Positions 49,428 to 61,524 of a stretch of DNA of 64,000 nt are shown here, in pieces. This DNA is from Raillietiella orientalis. Its lineage: Eukaryota. A model generated the notes under the pieces. It was not told where the DNA came from and did not search any database. It saw only the letters and a list, made by a program, of their open reading frames with translations. The stretch is taken from NCBI GenBank assembly GCA_036172245.1, contig JAYWIR010000023.1, forward strand, positions 682,001 to 746,000, given 5' to 3'. The position numbers and the translations under genes are program-made. Position 1 is the stretch's first letter, and the number at the start of each line of letters is the position of its first letter.

Positions 49428-49889
49428 CTACAAAGGACCAGGAGGGAGAGCCCGCGGATGCTGTCGCTTCGTGGGGATGGAGGCCCTGGCACTCCTGGCG
49501 GAACCACCTCCCCCGCCGGCCGGGGTAGCTGCTTCCGGGAGGCTACGGAGGGAGCAGTGATGCCCCCTTCTTCCACCCCAGAGCTGCCCCGGCGACCCCC
49601 GCCGGTGAGAAGGAAGGGAGGGGAGGGGGGAAGTCGCACGCGACCGCTCTTCCCGGACCCAGACCCCTTTTCCCCCAGCCCTCCCCTCCGGAGACGCTCC
49701 CAGGGGGGAGGGATCGTCGCCTGTCTCCTGCTGGAGGGCTCTCGAGGGACCCGGGAGGGGGAAAAGAGCTGCCAGGCAATCCGTGAGAGGAGAGAGAGGA
49801 GGACAGAAACGCTGTCGTTCGCGCCTCCTGCACATCGCCGCTCCCTTTCGGGCAGGGAAGGAAGGGCAGCCTCGCGCCTTCCGGCTTAC

Positions 49890-49918
49890 CTGTTGCCCCG
49901 AGGGCATGCCGTGTCGTA
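49890..49918 (-). other. Candidate 29-nt alternative exon in the last intron of gene B
   Basis: ctgac..cgtccttcAG | TACGACACGGCATGCCCTCGGGGCAACAG | GTAAGC: branch-like word, acceptor and near-consensus donor. Confidence 0.35.
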
Positions 49919-52900
49919 CTGAAGGACGGTCAGGATCGTTCGCGGGGCAGGCGACCGGGGAGGGCTGGTGGAAGGGAGAGATTTCGCCTCCGGGAAAGCC
50001 CCCCGTCTCATTGCTATTCCTTTTCTTCTTTTTTTTTCCGCATTTTCGAGTTTTTCCAAGATTTCCGCCGGCACGGACTCTGCCTTGTCGGCAAAGGGAG
50101 GTTTCTTCCAGGGGGGGCCTTGAAGGGGGCAGGAGGGAGGGGAAGGCGGTGAGCCCATCTCGATGTCCTAGTGTCCCACCGCTTCTCCTCAGCGCTTCAC
50201 GCCCTGGATCGGGACCAGAGAAACCTGACCCTCCCGTCTCCTCCTCCCGGAAGCGCCACCTCCGCCGCCGCCGCTGCCCTTCGGCTGCTGCGCCCTCCTC
50301 GCTCCCCGCCGACGAGTGTCTGGCCGGGCCAATGCCCTTCGCCGGTTCCTGCGAGCCGGCCGCGCGGCCCCGTCTGAAAGGGGTGCCAGCCGATCGATCC
50401 TGCCCCGCCCGGGAAGACAAGAAAAAAAAAAAAAAAGGGAAAACGAGGCAAGGTCGAGTGGAGGATGGCTGACCGCCTCCTCCCGAGAATGCCTCCGCTC
50501 CTCTCGTCCTGGAAGGAGAGAGGGAGGGGAGAAGGGAAGGGGGAGGGGAACGTCCGTTTCTCCCCCCCCCCCCTTTCTTCTTTCTCAGGATCCTCGGGAG
50601 CGTCGGGAGCGGCCGTGCGTGCCCCGTCGGAAACCCCGGGACGGCGCTCGCCTTCCTCTCGCCGTTCCCCCCCGATTTTCTCCCTTCCTTCCCTCCCTCG
50701 CTGGAATCGATAAGCGCGTCCCCCCCCACGCGCAGGCGCGGACGGCCGCCGGTCCGGCGCCGCCTAGCCGGAAGGCAGAAGGACCCGAGGCCACCTCCCC
50801 TCCAGCCCGTCCGCCGCCATCCGTCCGGCACAGGCCGACTTCCGTCGCAGGCGAGGCCGAGCCGGCGAACCGAAGACGCGCGACTGCTGCCTCCCACGCG
50901 ATCGAGGCGCGAGAGCACTCTCGGGCTCCGCAGCATCCACCCCAGTTCTCTGCTCCCCCCCTTTCTTCCTCCCTCCTCGCACGGGGACCCAGGACGGGGC
51001 ACGTGCACTTTTCTGCGGGGAGCGCGAGGCTACTCCCTGCCCCGCGCTGGCATCTCTGCCTGCAGCCTTCCGGTAGTCTGAGCCCCTACTCCTCTCTGCA
51101 GAGGAGCGCGGCCTCGGACGGCCTCGCCTTCGCCTACGCCAGCGCCAGACGCTCGTAGGGCTCGAGAAGCTCACCCTCCCCGCCGCCGCGCTGCTGCTCA
51201 GGGGATGCCGCGCGCGCGATGGAGGATCCCCGCTCCCGGAACCTCCTCCTCGCGGAGGCGGCGGTTCTTAGAGTGGGAGGGGTGAGGGGTGGGGGCGGGA
51301 AGAATTTCTCGCCCACCGCAAGAGCGAGCTCGGATGCGTTCCTATCCCTCCGCCTCGACTCCCTTCTCGCCCTCCTCCCTCCCGGCACGCGCCTTTCGGG
51401 AGCGATCACTGCAAGAAAAGGGGGGCGGGCGGAAAAGCGGAGGCCGTCCGCTGGTCTGGAGACAGGATGGAGGGGAGGAAGCGGGGAGGGAGCAAGGCCC
51501 TGCCGACGAGCTGCTAGTCCAAAGAGGTGTTTCGTCCTCGGGTGGAAAAGGCTCGTCCGAATCCCGCCATTCTCCGCCGCTCCTACTCGAAAGTCCCCTT
51601 CTCCTGCGCTGCTGCCGCACGCGAACGATCCTCATCCCTGTCTTCGCACCCGGAGCCGCGGAGCGACGGCGGCGGCGGCGGAAGAGACCTCGGCTCTTCG
51701 CCCGAGCGGTGCGCGTGCGCGCGCGGGCGGGGAAACGTGGAAATCGCCGGAGGAGGAAGGGGAGGAGAGGCCGCGTCCTCCCCCCCCTCTCCCCTCCCCT
51801 GCTTTCTCTCTGCGCCTCCCCCGGTCTCCGGCGCGCTCCCTAGCGAGGGGGAGGAGTCTCTCTTCCTCCCCTCCGACAACAAAAGGGGCCTGATTGATGT
51901 TCCGGGATGAAATATTCGCTGCTTTCCTTGCAGGAGGCGCGCGGGGGCAAACAAAAATACAAAAAAAAATAGAAAAAATAAAAAAAAGACAAAATAAAAA
52001 TAAAGAGGAGAGGAGAAGGGAGGCGAGAGAAAGAGGAGGATGCAGCCGACTGTTGAGATGCTGGATGTGCACAGATGCGCGGTGGATCCCTGCTGCCTCC
52101 TTCCCTTTTGTCTTTCCTAGCGTCGGGCTTTCTGCCCTTTCTTTTGGGCGCCGGCCGCTGCTCGACAGGAACCGAGAGGGAGGCTTGGACTCCCCATCGA
52201 TCGGCATGCTCCCATCCTCCCCGATCGGTCCCCGGGATCGCCTATCCTCACATCTTGCGCCAGCTCCGCGAGGGAGAAGAGGATATCATCCTCTTTCATC
52301 CCTCGCCCCCTTCCCCCCCCTCTTCGCCGGCAGTGGCGCCTCGAGAAGAGAGAAGGAACGGCGCAGGAAAGATGCACCGCCGATGGTCTTCTCCTGACCG
52401 AGCGACTGGCGACCTCCGCGCCCCAGGGAGCAGGGCGCCGTGCCCCTCCGGGAACCCCGGGATGGCTCTCGCCTTCCTCCCGCCGTCCCCCTTCGCTTCG
52501 TTCCGAGTTCGTGCGATCCTTCGCCCCTTCCCTTCGTTCGTGGACGCTCGCGGCCGGGGTCTTTCGCTACCGAAACAAAGGACCCCTTTTCCCGAGCCGG
52601 AATCTCCAGAAGGCGGGGAAGGAAAAGGGGGGAAGGGGGAGGGGGAGAAAAAGAGGAGGAGGAGGAGGAGGAACGACTCCTCTTGAAGCCTGAGAAAAAG
52701 TTCCCGGACCAGGTCGCCAGCCGGATAAGCCGGAAGTGCGGACCCGCGAGCTCCGTCAGTCACGAGCAGCGTAGCAGGAGCAAAAAAGAAAAAAAGATGC
52801 GAGAGGCTGAGGTTCCGGTTGGGAAGCCTCCGAGCTCTTGACCTTGATTCGGCATCTGATTTTCTAAATTTGAATTTAGCAACCCGGAATTTCCGCAAGC

Positions 52901-55469
52901 TTTGAGCTAGGAAGAAGGGAGGGGAAGAGAAAGACTCTGCAAATGAACTCCGGGAATCGCTTTGTTCTTCATCTTCTATTCCTCGCTTTCTCCCCGCAAG
53001 ACGGGCGAGGCTCCATCTTCGTTCCTGCATGGTTCCCGATGTCCGACTTCCACCTTGGGCTGCTCCACCAGGCTGAAGACCTGAGGCTTCGAGTATCGAT
53101 CCAGCTGCTAATACCTGAGGGTTTAATCGATAATCTCTCCAAGTGGAGATGAGCAGCAATTTCGAGATCATGGGAGACGGCTAGCCATCGGATCCCTAGG
53201 ATCCGTTCGAACCTGGTGTTGGGGCGCGACCCAGAAGACGGGTCTTCCTGTGCCAGCACGCGAAAGGGAACGGGGCGGATCGCGATGAAGGGAAGGGGAA
53301 GACGGCAGGAAGCGGCGGAGCTGCCGTGAGGAGCCGCCTCGGCTCTCCCCGACGGGTGCGGCGACCGTATACCTTCGCTCAAGGCGACCCACACGTGGCC
53401 GCGGAGGAGCCGAGGGCGCACTTGCCTACCACGCCCCCTTTCCCACCGAGGAAGCACCTTGCAGCTACGAGGCCAGCCCGTGGCCTGAAGAGCCGTTCTG
53501 AAACTGCAGACCCCGCCGTGCCTTGCGGCCTCGGCTCCGCTGCAATTCCCCACGAATCGCAGGTTTACTTGCGAACGTCACGCTGCTATGGAGATGGCTC
53601 GACCGGGCAGAGATCCATCCCGAGGCGCTTGCGGAAGACCCGACTCCAGGCGTCACTCTCCGAGTGAGGAACTTTTCCCATCCCCTCCCGGGGGACTCCG
53701 CGTGCAGGCCAGATCGAACTGCACGTTCCCCGTTTCTCAGGAACTCTCGGTGGCGTCAGAAGACACGCCGCTCCGTGATGGATTCGGCTTGACGATGCGA
53801 ACCACTTCGTCTCCGGCTGCGGAGATCTCTAATGCGCTTCTGCATAATCGACGAATCGCGAGCAATCAGTACTCTCCTCCCCCTCGAGAAAAAAAAAAAT
53901 AAAATGAATGAATTCTCCTTTCTCCCTTCCTTCTTCGCGCGGGTTAGTGCGGAAGTGAAAGGTGCAACTTTTCTTGGGGAGTGCAAAATCGCTGCTGATG
54001 GTCCCTCCCGATTCGTCGTCAGCAGGATTAAGTATGCAGCCTTGAACATGCAAAGCAGGCATCTGCAGGGCGACCCGTCTTGCGTCGCACAATCCTTGCT
54101 GAAGAGACGGCGTCTTTGAAATCCAAAACGTGCAGCCGTTAGTACTTGCTCGATGAGAGCTCCTCGACGCCTTCTGCGGCGATGGTCCCGTTCTGCTCCC
54201 TTTGAGAGTTTCTCACGCATCGTCGTTTGCCGATCGTCGGCGGGCTGCAAAGCTCTGGAGCTAACAAGAAGCGATTTGTTCGGAAGTCTTTGGCTCGCAT
54301 CATCTTCTCTGCATCCACCAGTTAGCCTCCCGAATGCCTAAGCTGGCAAGTCCCATCTGTGAACGACCTGCACGCATTAGAAGTGCTACCGTGCGCATGG
54401 GAACAAGAGCGGGAGACACTCGGATTTGGGAGGAGGGAGCAGGAAGCTGCCCAGCAAGTGTCTCAGTCTGAAAATTCGCTTTCTTCGAGGTGAGCGTCCT
54501 GCTGAAGAGTTCAGGAAGTCCGAGACCTGCCGAGCAACAGCCGAAAGGTACGGTTCTCGTCGACTCTGAACGGGAGGTCGGTCTTACGTTCCGTCTTCAG
54601 CATGCCGCTCACGGGGTCTCCGAAGACAACGTGGCTGGCAGTAGGGTCACGACTTCTCGATCTGCGCGCCGACAGCACAGCATGCAAACACGTGGCTTGT
54701 GCTGTGACCCCCGCAAAAAGAACTTCCCGTCATTTTCGTGACGTCGGAGTTTATTCGAGTACGGGACAGGTAGTTGTGGGTCGAGCCTCCAGCAGCAGGA
54801 AACTCTTGGAGCCATATTTTCAGACCACCTCTCAAGCCCACTTTTGAAAGCAATCACTTTCAAAGATGATGTCGTTGACTGAATGGGCAGCAGCATTTGG
54901 GAAAGGAGCAAAACACCGTACGCGAATCGGCGAAACCATTCGTGAAGGAGGGAAAAAAAAAAAAAAGGAGTGTGAAAGTACTATTGAAGGAATCGTTCAG
55001 AAAATCAGTTAGCCTGGCAACTTGCTGAAGGAATGCGTGACCGGAAAGAGAAATCCAAGATCTAAGAGCAGTTCGGAAACTTCAACTGCACTCCCGGATT
55101 CTCGCCTTTGTTTTCGAGTAGGGTTGTTGGTATTTCGTCTCAACAGATGCACCGGGAAATCCTCCCGTCGCTTTCCACAACTACCATGAGAAATAAAGGC
55201 TTGAAAGTCTCAAGAGGAGAATTCGAAAAGGGAAGGTATCGCTCCCATTTCAGTGCATATGTACGAGAAGCACAACTTCTGACTAGAACTTACAAAGGGA
55301 AAATGCTCCCCCCCTCCCCCCATCGGCGATAGCGAACTGACTGCATTCGATGTAACGAATCACTACGACCTAGTCATCGGTACGTTTCAAGGTTCTTCGG
55401 CATTCCGTTGAATGAGGTGTGACGTCCACAATGTTATATACAGATCAACAGTACAACGAGCAGTTACTT

Positions 55470-55780
55470 CTATTGGATCTTCTGTCTTCACACTTACGAC
55501 CTTTGCTACCACACACGTCACAGTAACATGAAGATCCTTTACTGCCACCCTTTATTTCCTTCCTACCACCATCCTTCCATGACACATCATCCTCAACATA
55601 TGCATTCTATAACCTCCTCCTACCAACGTAATCATACCCAAATATAACACTATATATACCACCACAATAATCATCCCTGCATGTATCACAGTTTTCCTCA
55701 ACAATCCCAACCTTAATCCTAATCTTATTCATAAAGCATAAGACCATAACTAAACCTCCATCTCATCCCAGCCCTTAAGT
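55470..55780 (-). mobile_element. 3' end relic of an RTE-clade LINE
   Basis: NKIRIKVGIVEE..CGGIY..DYVGRRRL resembles the RTE C-terminus (RNEEIRxKVGV..RWYGHV..DYVGRRVL). Strong strand skew (G-poor on +). Confidence 0.5.
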
Positions 55781-57249
55781 ACGTTGATGCTGCTTGCTTT
55801 CGAGATTTCATCAACTCACCTATGCGCACCCTGCTGTCGTTCTCGGTGCGTTTTCTATCGTGCTTGGCAGCGTGGTGGATCCTAGAAGATTCGACTCTAT
55901 TCTGGTCAGATTGCGCCTAAAGTTTCCAAAGTTTTTTTCTTTTCCTTCTTCTTCGATTTCGCACACGCTGTGTCTTCCGATGGTAAATTGATCTAAGCTG
56001 AAATCCATCACTTGAGCTGTGGACCCCCTTCCCATGAATTTACTCGCAGCAGATTTTCGAGATGAAATTCCACTGTGGAAGGGAAATGTTCCAGTGAGCG
56101 GAGAAACTTTCCTCCCTCGAAGTTTGCTTTTCATAAGCATCCAGTGGAGGGGGCAGAATGGGGAACTTGCTCGAAGATGTGTTTTGGGAGCTGGGAGGAA
56201 GTTTCCATAGAGCTCGTTTTCAAATTTCGATACATATCGATGTTGTGCAACTCTAATGAAACTCCACTTCTTGCGTCCTGTTCCGGACAGCTCCTCTCAT
56301 CCATTTTAATCTATCATAGTCGTTTACTCCGGTAATCATTTGATCGTTCGCAGTTTCGAATTTTTCCACAGCTCCAAGTTGGGGTAACTCGGCTGCGGAA
56401 GAGCAAAAGCACAGAGCCCAATAAAGAGCGTTTTCCGAGCATCTATTGGAAAATAATCTTCATCACGGCATGGTCACGAGAAAATCAGGAAACGATCATC
56501 TATTGGTAAATCCCGTTCGTCTTTTCATCTAATCTCAGTTGATCATCTATCAGAAGATGATCATATGCATGAAGTTACTTGTTTAATTAATAGCTGAATA
56601 TTTAATTAACAGGTTCCCCAAATCGTAAGCACGTAGATTGCTACCCGGTTTCTTCTGCTTTGCTGCTCCGCGATGGAATATGCGAGAACTTGTTCTCTTC
56701 ACCAGCTAATGGTCTGTCATGCTCCCTCTGAAAGCTGCTGAAACGGGGATGCCAGCTGGCTGGTCGTTTCCGGAGAGAGTCGTGTTTTGAGCCCGATGAA
56801 ATTTTAATTGGTTCAAAATCGGCATCATCCCTCTTCTCGGGCACCACGTTGGCATCCTTCGGGCACAGTTGATTAGATTGGGGGATCCTGGCTTTCCGTC
56901 TGCCTCTGCCATTTGTCATTTTCCGTCCATTCCCAGCGTGTGCTTACGGGGGAGATGGATTTCTCCCTTCCTAATGCTGGAAGCGAACCGTTCCGTCAAA
57001 CCGAATCACTTTCAGAGGAAGCGCCTTCTTTCCAGGCAGGATCCCTCTGCTGCTGCTGCTTTCGTCCCCCTTTAGCTCCGTTCTTAATCGTTTGACTTTC
57101 GACCTGGTAACCCCGGATTTGGGTCCTCAACTCCTTCACGGGAACTTGTCGGCTTGTTGAGGATTGCCTTGTCGGGCACACGGGTGGCGCTCGGACTAGA
57201 CAACAAAGAAACGTTGTTCGCTTTAAAGTTTCGGAACCCTTAAAAGTCC

Positions 57250-58260
57250 TCAGGGGGGTCCATTAGTCCCCTCTCATCCGAGTGATTTCTGATCACTTCG
57301 GAGTTCAGATGGATTCTTCTAGACCCTTCTCTCCTTCTCCGAGACACGCGCAGGTTTCTTGCTGCTTCCAAGTCCGTTCTGTTGGGAGGCCTTGCCGAGT
57401 TCTCCCTCTGCTTTCTTTGGGATGATACGAGTTCCCGGACTCGGGTGCTTCGCATTTTTGGGTGGGGGGCCGAGGGCGGCGTGGAGCGTGGGGTCGAGTG
57501 GAGAGGCTGCATCTAACCGAAACGAGCGAAGCCCTCAGGATGGGCTTCCAGATAGCGCGGAACCTCGACGGCTTGGTGGAGCGCAGGATCGATCCTGATC
57601 CTCCTTGCAGCTGTTCGGGCAGAGTTGATAGCCGTGATCCGAAAGCGCTCCTCCTAGCCTGCACGCCGCCGCAGGTGGAAGAGCTCCTCAGTTCTATCTA
57701 TTTTCGTTCTTCTTCGTCAGCCCATTCCAGGGGAAATCCCTCCATTTCCTCCCAAGCCCCTCGGATGGGCAAGTGCGAGCTTACATAACCGACGCACTTT
57801 GTTTCCTTCTTAGAGTGGGTGCCTCCCTCCCTGGCTTCCCAATCCCTTTAATCACGCGGCGTTCGAAAACCATACGTTCGGGTACGTGATCTCGATTTTC
57901 GTCTGGAACTTTCCTTCTTTGCTGACTGGTCGAGGCGAGTTGCTTTTGTAGTTCCATTGACTTTTCCCTTCTCTCAATATGAGATGCAGATCTTTGTTCA
58001 AGGTGGGCTGCTCCGCGAAGCAGAATGATCCTGGAAAAGGGGGCCGTCCAGCTGCTAATATCATCCAGATTAATATCAGGGATTTGTGATGGTAAGTCGG
58101 AGACCTGAAGGATGAGGACCGAGGTAAGGGATCGGAGAAAGGATCCAGGACGACATCCTTGGAAAGCGACGCAGTTTTTCTCTTGGGCCATTCGCCTTCC
58201 TGAACAGGGAGGATGAAGGAATCTGAGATCCGCAGGCGTCGAATCCAGCTCACGAAGGAT
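57250..58260 (-). mobile_element. Degenerate CR1/L2-type LINE reverse transcriptase and C-terminal region
   Basis: SWIRRLRISD, GCRPGSFL..LILQVSDLPSQI..NLDDI (resembles [21 protein letters not shown]..FADD), and later RVSRRRREGS (resembles SLExRRxRGD). Confidence 0.6.
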
Positions 58261-59169
58261 GGGAATGCCTCTCGGAGTGCAGCAGTAACTGCAGCATTTG
58301 AATCGGAGTCTTCTTCATCCGGATCGGCTAAATTTCCTATTTGCCGTACGCTCGATTGAGTCCGCGTGCTCTTTGCTCTTTGCGCTCTTGTCCGACTTTC
58401 AGTCTAAGACGACTGCGAAGAAAACGGTTTTTCTTTCTCAAGATGCTCCCTGGGTATTTTGAAGGATGACGAAGTGAAGAGGCTACCTCAATCATTGGCT
58501 TCGCTGAAGAACTTGATTCGTCTTTCTTTCGTTTCGACTCGTCCTGCTCATCCATTTTTCATTGCCTGGACTAAAAAAAGCGAAAAGGTGCGCATCTATA
58601 GAGGCTCCCCTCGAAATCCGCGCCAGAAGGGTATGAGTTCATCCCGCAATAACCTTTTTACGAGTTCTAGCCTTTGGAAACATCCATGCGGAGAAAACGA
58701 AAACCCTAGAAACTTGTCAGAGGATGCTACCGAGATCTGCATCCATCAAAAGGAAAACACGGAAAGTAAATTTGCAAATCTAAGAAGATGATAAGTTATG
58801 CCGATGTGCTGTCTTGTCGGGTGGTGCGAATGAAGTGAAGTGATGCACAACCAGAGAAAACTCGTGCTGTCAGGTGTCTTGCATTTCAGAATTGATCGTT
58901 TTTTCCGATCTTAGTTTTCTTTGGGGATACGATGATTTAGAAGCCTTTCTTTATTCTCCCACTGTGGCGACACCGCTATCTCTTTCCTCGTCCATTGTCA
59001 AATAATGGGGGTGAAGCAGTGGATGCTGTCGTCTGGCAATTCTGTTTCCATCTCGCCACCCAATTATCAGCGCATTCCGCTTTCCTAACCACAGGAAGTC
59101 TGCAGGACAGAGATCAACGCTTTAGACCGAAGAGAGGATTCAACAACTATTGGAAAATTGTGTCTTAGG

Positions 59170-59665
59170 CAGAGAGGAAGCAGACGAGATGAAGAGAGCC
59201 TCCAGAAGAGGGAAAAAAGCAACGAGCATTCCTACTCTGAGATAGACAAGATCACAGAGGGGCGGGCTGTGATAGAGAGCACACGTTTGGCATCCTGGTT
59301 CAAAGACATGCTTAGAGGTGGGGGTGAAACATCGAGAGAACGGTTGCAGGAAATGAGATGGTTAGCATTTGGACTGTTTAGAAATCTTTGCTTCCCTTTC
59401 AGGAAGAAATCTCTAGTAAGAAAAGCACCTCGTTTGACGTCTGCGAACTGTAAGCGAAGTTGGGGAGTCCGCAATGGGACACCAAATTGTTGATCAATAC
59501 AGAGATCGTGATCCCACTGCTAGTTTTTGTTGAAGATTTCACAAAAGAAGAAAAAAGAAAAAAGGATATCAGAATAAGGGCGCATTTAATGGATACTGCC
59601 GGAATCTGCACTTGGCCCACAGGCCAGAGAACTATCTCGGAGAACCTCAGAGAAAGCAGGTAACG
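59170..59665 (+). mobile_element. Possible LINE ORF1 relic (CR1/L2-type)
   Basis: Charged coiled-coil-like stretch, then LAFGL, IPLLVFVE..K..IR and TGQR..LRE, loosely in ORF1 order. Confidence 0.3.
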
Positions 59666-61435
59666 AGCAGGAAAGTTAGAGGTTAGAGGAGCAAAGAAAA
59701 ATAATCAAGAAACGAGGTGGTTTCTGCCATGGCAGCCACCCATGGTCACGAATATTCCATGGAGCGCATTTTCTGGTCTCCTCAAGATACACAGGACAAA
59801 CGCAGAGGAAATGCAACCACGAGCGGCGTTCCAGTTGAATCATAAAGGGTTCGCATCGCATCAGATGGTGGTTCGGGAACAGCGGTTCCCTCTTAGTTCC
59901 GTGATAGATTTTCGAAACGTCCCTCAGTCTCCAACTACCTAAAGTTCTTTCAGATACTTAAGGATCAATCACGATGTGGCCAACTGAAGATGAGTTTGAG
60001 ATTTTTCATGATTGGATTTCGAATTATTGTAACAGGTGGGAACCTTTTCTACAAAATATAGATGAAATACTTTTCTAGAAATACGTTTCTAGGAAGACTA
60101 GACAAAATACTCTTCTAGAAAAGCGTTTTGTCTCCAGAAAGCAGCAGTGTTAGAAGCAAAAAGAGGAAGGGAACACAGAAACAAGAACCAGCCTGGAAAT
60201 TTCGGAAATCTTCATTTTGATCTCTCCATCTTCATCTTAATCACTTGATCTTCAGATTTCCGAATGGAGGATGTTAAACGCATATTCTGATAACCTTGCT
60301 TTGAAATCAGCGATTAATGGCTTAAAGGACCGAAGTAAAAAGGCAAACCGTGCGAGGTGGAGGATTGCTGTTTCCAGTAGTGATATGATACTTTTCGGAG
60401 TTGCCTTCAGCTCCGAGATGGAGCAACGGGGAAACTCGCAAGATGCAGATGCATGCAAAGTTCTTATTTATTGCGGGATTGATTGAGCTCCTCTTCCAAT
60501 ATCGTCATTTTCTGCACGCTTACAGAAACAGCTTCCGAAGCAATTTCTGCAAATTTCTACAAACCGCCTTTGAATCTCTTTATGCAGTGAAGTGATTCAT
60601 CAGATGATCTAGATGATGATGAGCTTTATGGCTACTTTGCATCTGCAAGAAATTTCGGAACCACTTGCCTATGGATTTCAGCGGACGCCTCCATCGATGG
60701 AAAATTTAGATTTTTCGATTACCCACTTTGCGCTGCTTTTCCATGCTCGAAAATTCTACTGCGTTCTGTCAAATGCAAACGAATCCAAAGTAAACGTTTT
60801 GCTCTCCTTTCCAGGTCCACTGACAAGATACTTGACTGTAGCAGAAGATCTTCTTCGTAGGCGGTTTCGGCAAACTCGCTCCAGGAGGCAATGCACGTTA
60901 ATGACTGCTTTAAAAACATATCAGGAAGAGTCGGTAAAAGGAGCCGTGCGTTTTTGGGAAAGAATGGATTACAGCCTGATATCCCATACTCGGTACCACA
61001 AATCAAACTGGGTCGTACTTGTTCTCGTCATATGTACCATTTTTCGGGATTTCGGTAACGATTAGAGTCGCATTCGGATAATAGAAAAGCGAAAATCGTT
61101 CCGATGTTTCTGCTGCTTTCGGGCTTCTGGACCTCATTGGAAATCCTCCCACACAATCCGGGAAGGGACGAAGGTGCACGAATTTCGGAAGACGGCGGAT
61201 GTCGAGAGAAACTCATGCACGGAGATACATTGATGTTCACTGATTTAATCATTCAAATGAGTTGACGAGCCGTCTTAATGCGCAGTCATGATTGCATGAG
61301 GGCTCCTCACGAGCCGACGCTTTTTTTTAATCGGTAACGCCGAGTGCGAATTCGTTCCCGGAAAAATTGCATTTTCGTGATCATCGTTTGCGTTTTGCGG
61401 ATCGTTCCCGGATTTCTTTGAATTTGCATACTCAC

Positions 61436-61524
61436 CACCATCTGGTAGATTGCGTCCACTATGTTGTACATTTCCTCCCTTGTGATGAAACCGTCATTAT
61501 CCACATCGTAGAGACGAAATGCCC
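61436..61524 (-). CDS. NCS1: NCS-1/frequenin paralogue B exon 6 ([30 protein letters not shown]), EF-hand 3; earlier exons lie beyond the window
   Basis: Acceptor tatttccctAG and donor GTGAGT; 89 nt, same size and phase as gene A exon 6. Confidence 0.95.

Larger units (their letters stand above)
46400..53800. promoter_or_regulatory. Very GC/CpG-rich domain spanning gene A exon 1 and promoter plus gene B terminal exon
   Basis: Visibly far higher GC and CpG than the flanks; long purine/pyrimidine tracts and G-runs; many spurious long Arg/Gly/Pro ORFs. Confidence 0.75.

Noticed and set aside
46428..51158. Long ORFs in the GC domain (373, 476, 286, 526 and 280 aa)
   Set aside because: Arg/Gly/Pro low-complexity translations overlapping on both strands; expected from stop-codon scarcity at very high GC; no domain motif.
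55470..55780. Mitochondrial insertion (NUMT) suggested by G-poor composition
   Set aside because: No mitochondrial protein or tRNA recognised; the minus-strand translation fits an RTE LINE tail better.
48465..61524. In-frame gene B-gene A fusion protein via the 48543 acceptor
   Set aside because: Direct splicing from B exon 6 hits TGA at 48496-48498; including the 29-nt exon hits TGA at 48528-48530.
26386..61524. Duplicate exon 6 as an assembly artefact or as mutually exclusive exons of one gene
   Set aside because: There are 15 synonymous codon differences, and a separate terminal exon with a stop plus a new ATG exon lie between the two copies.
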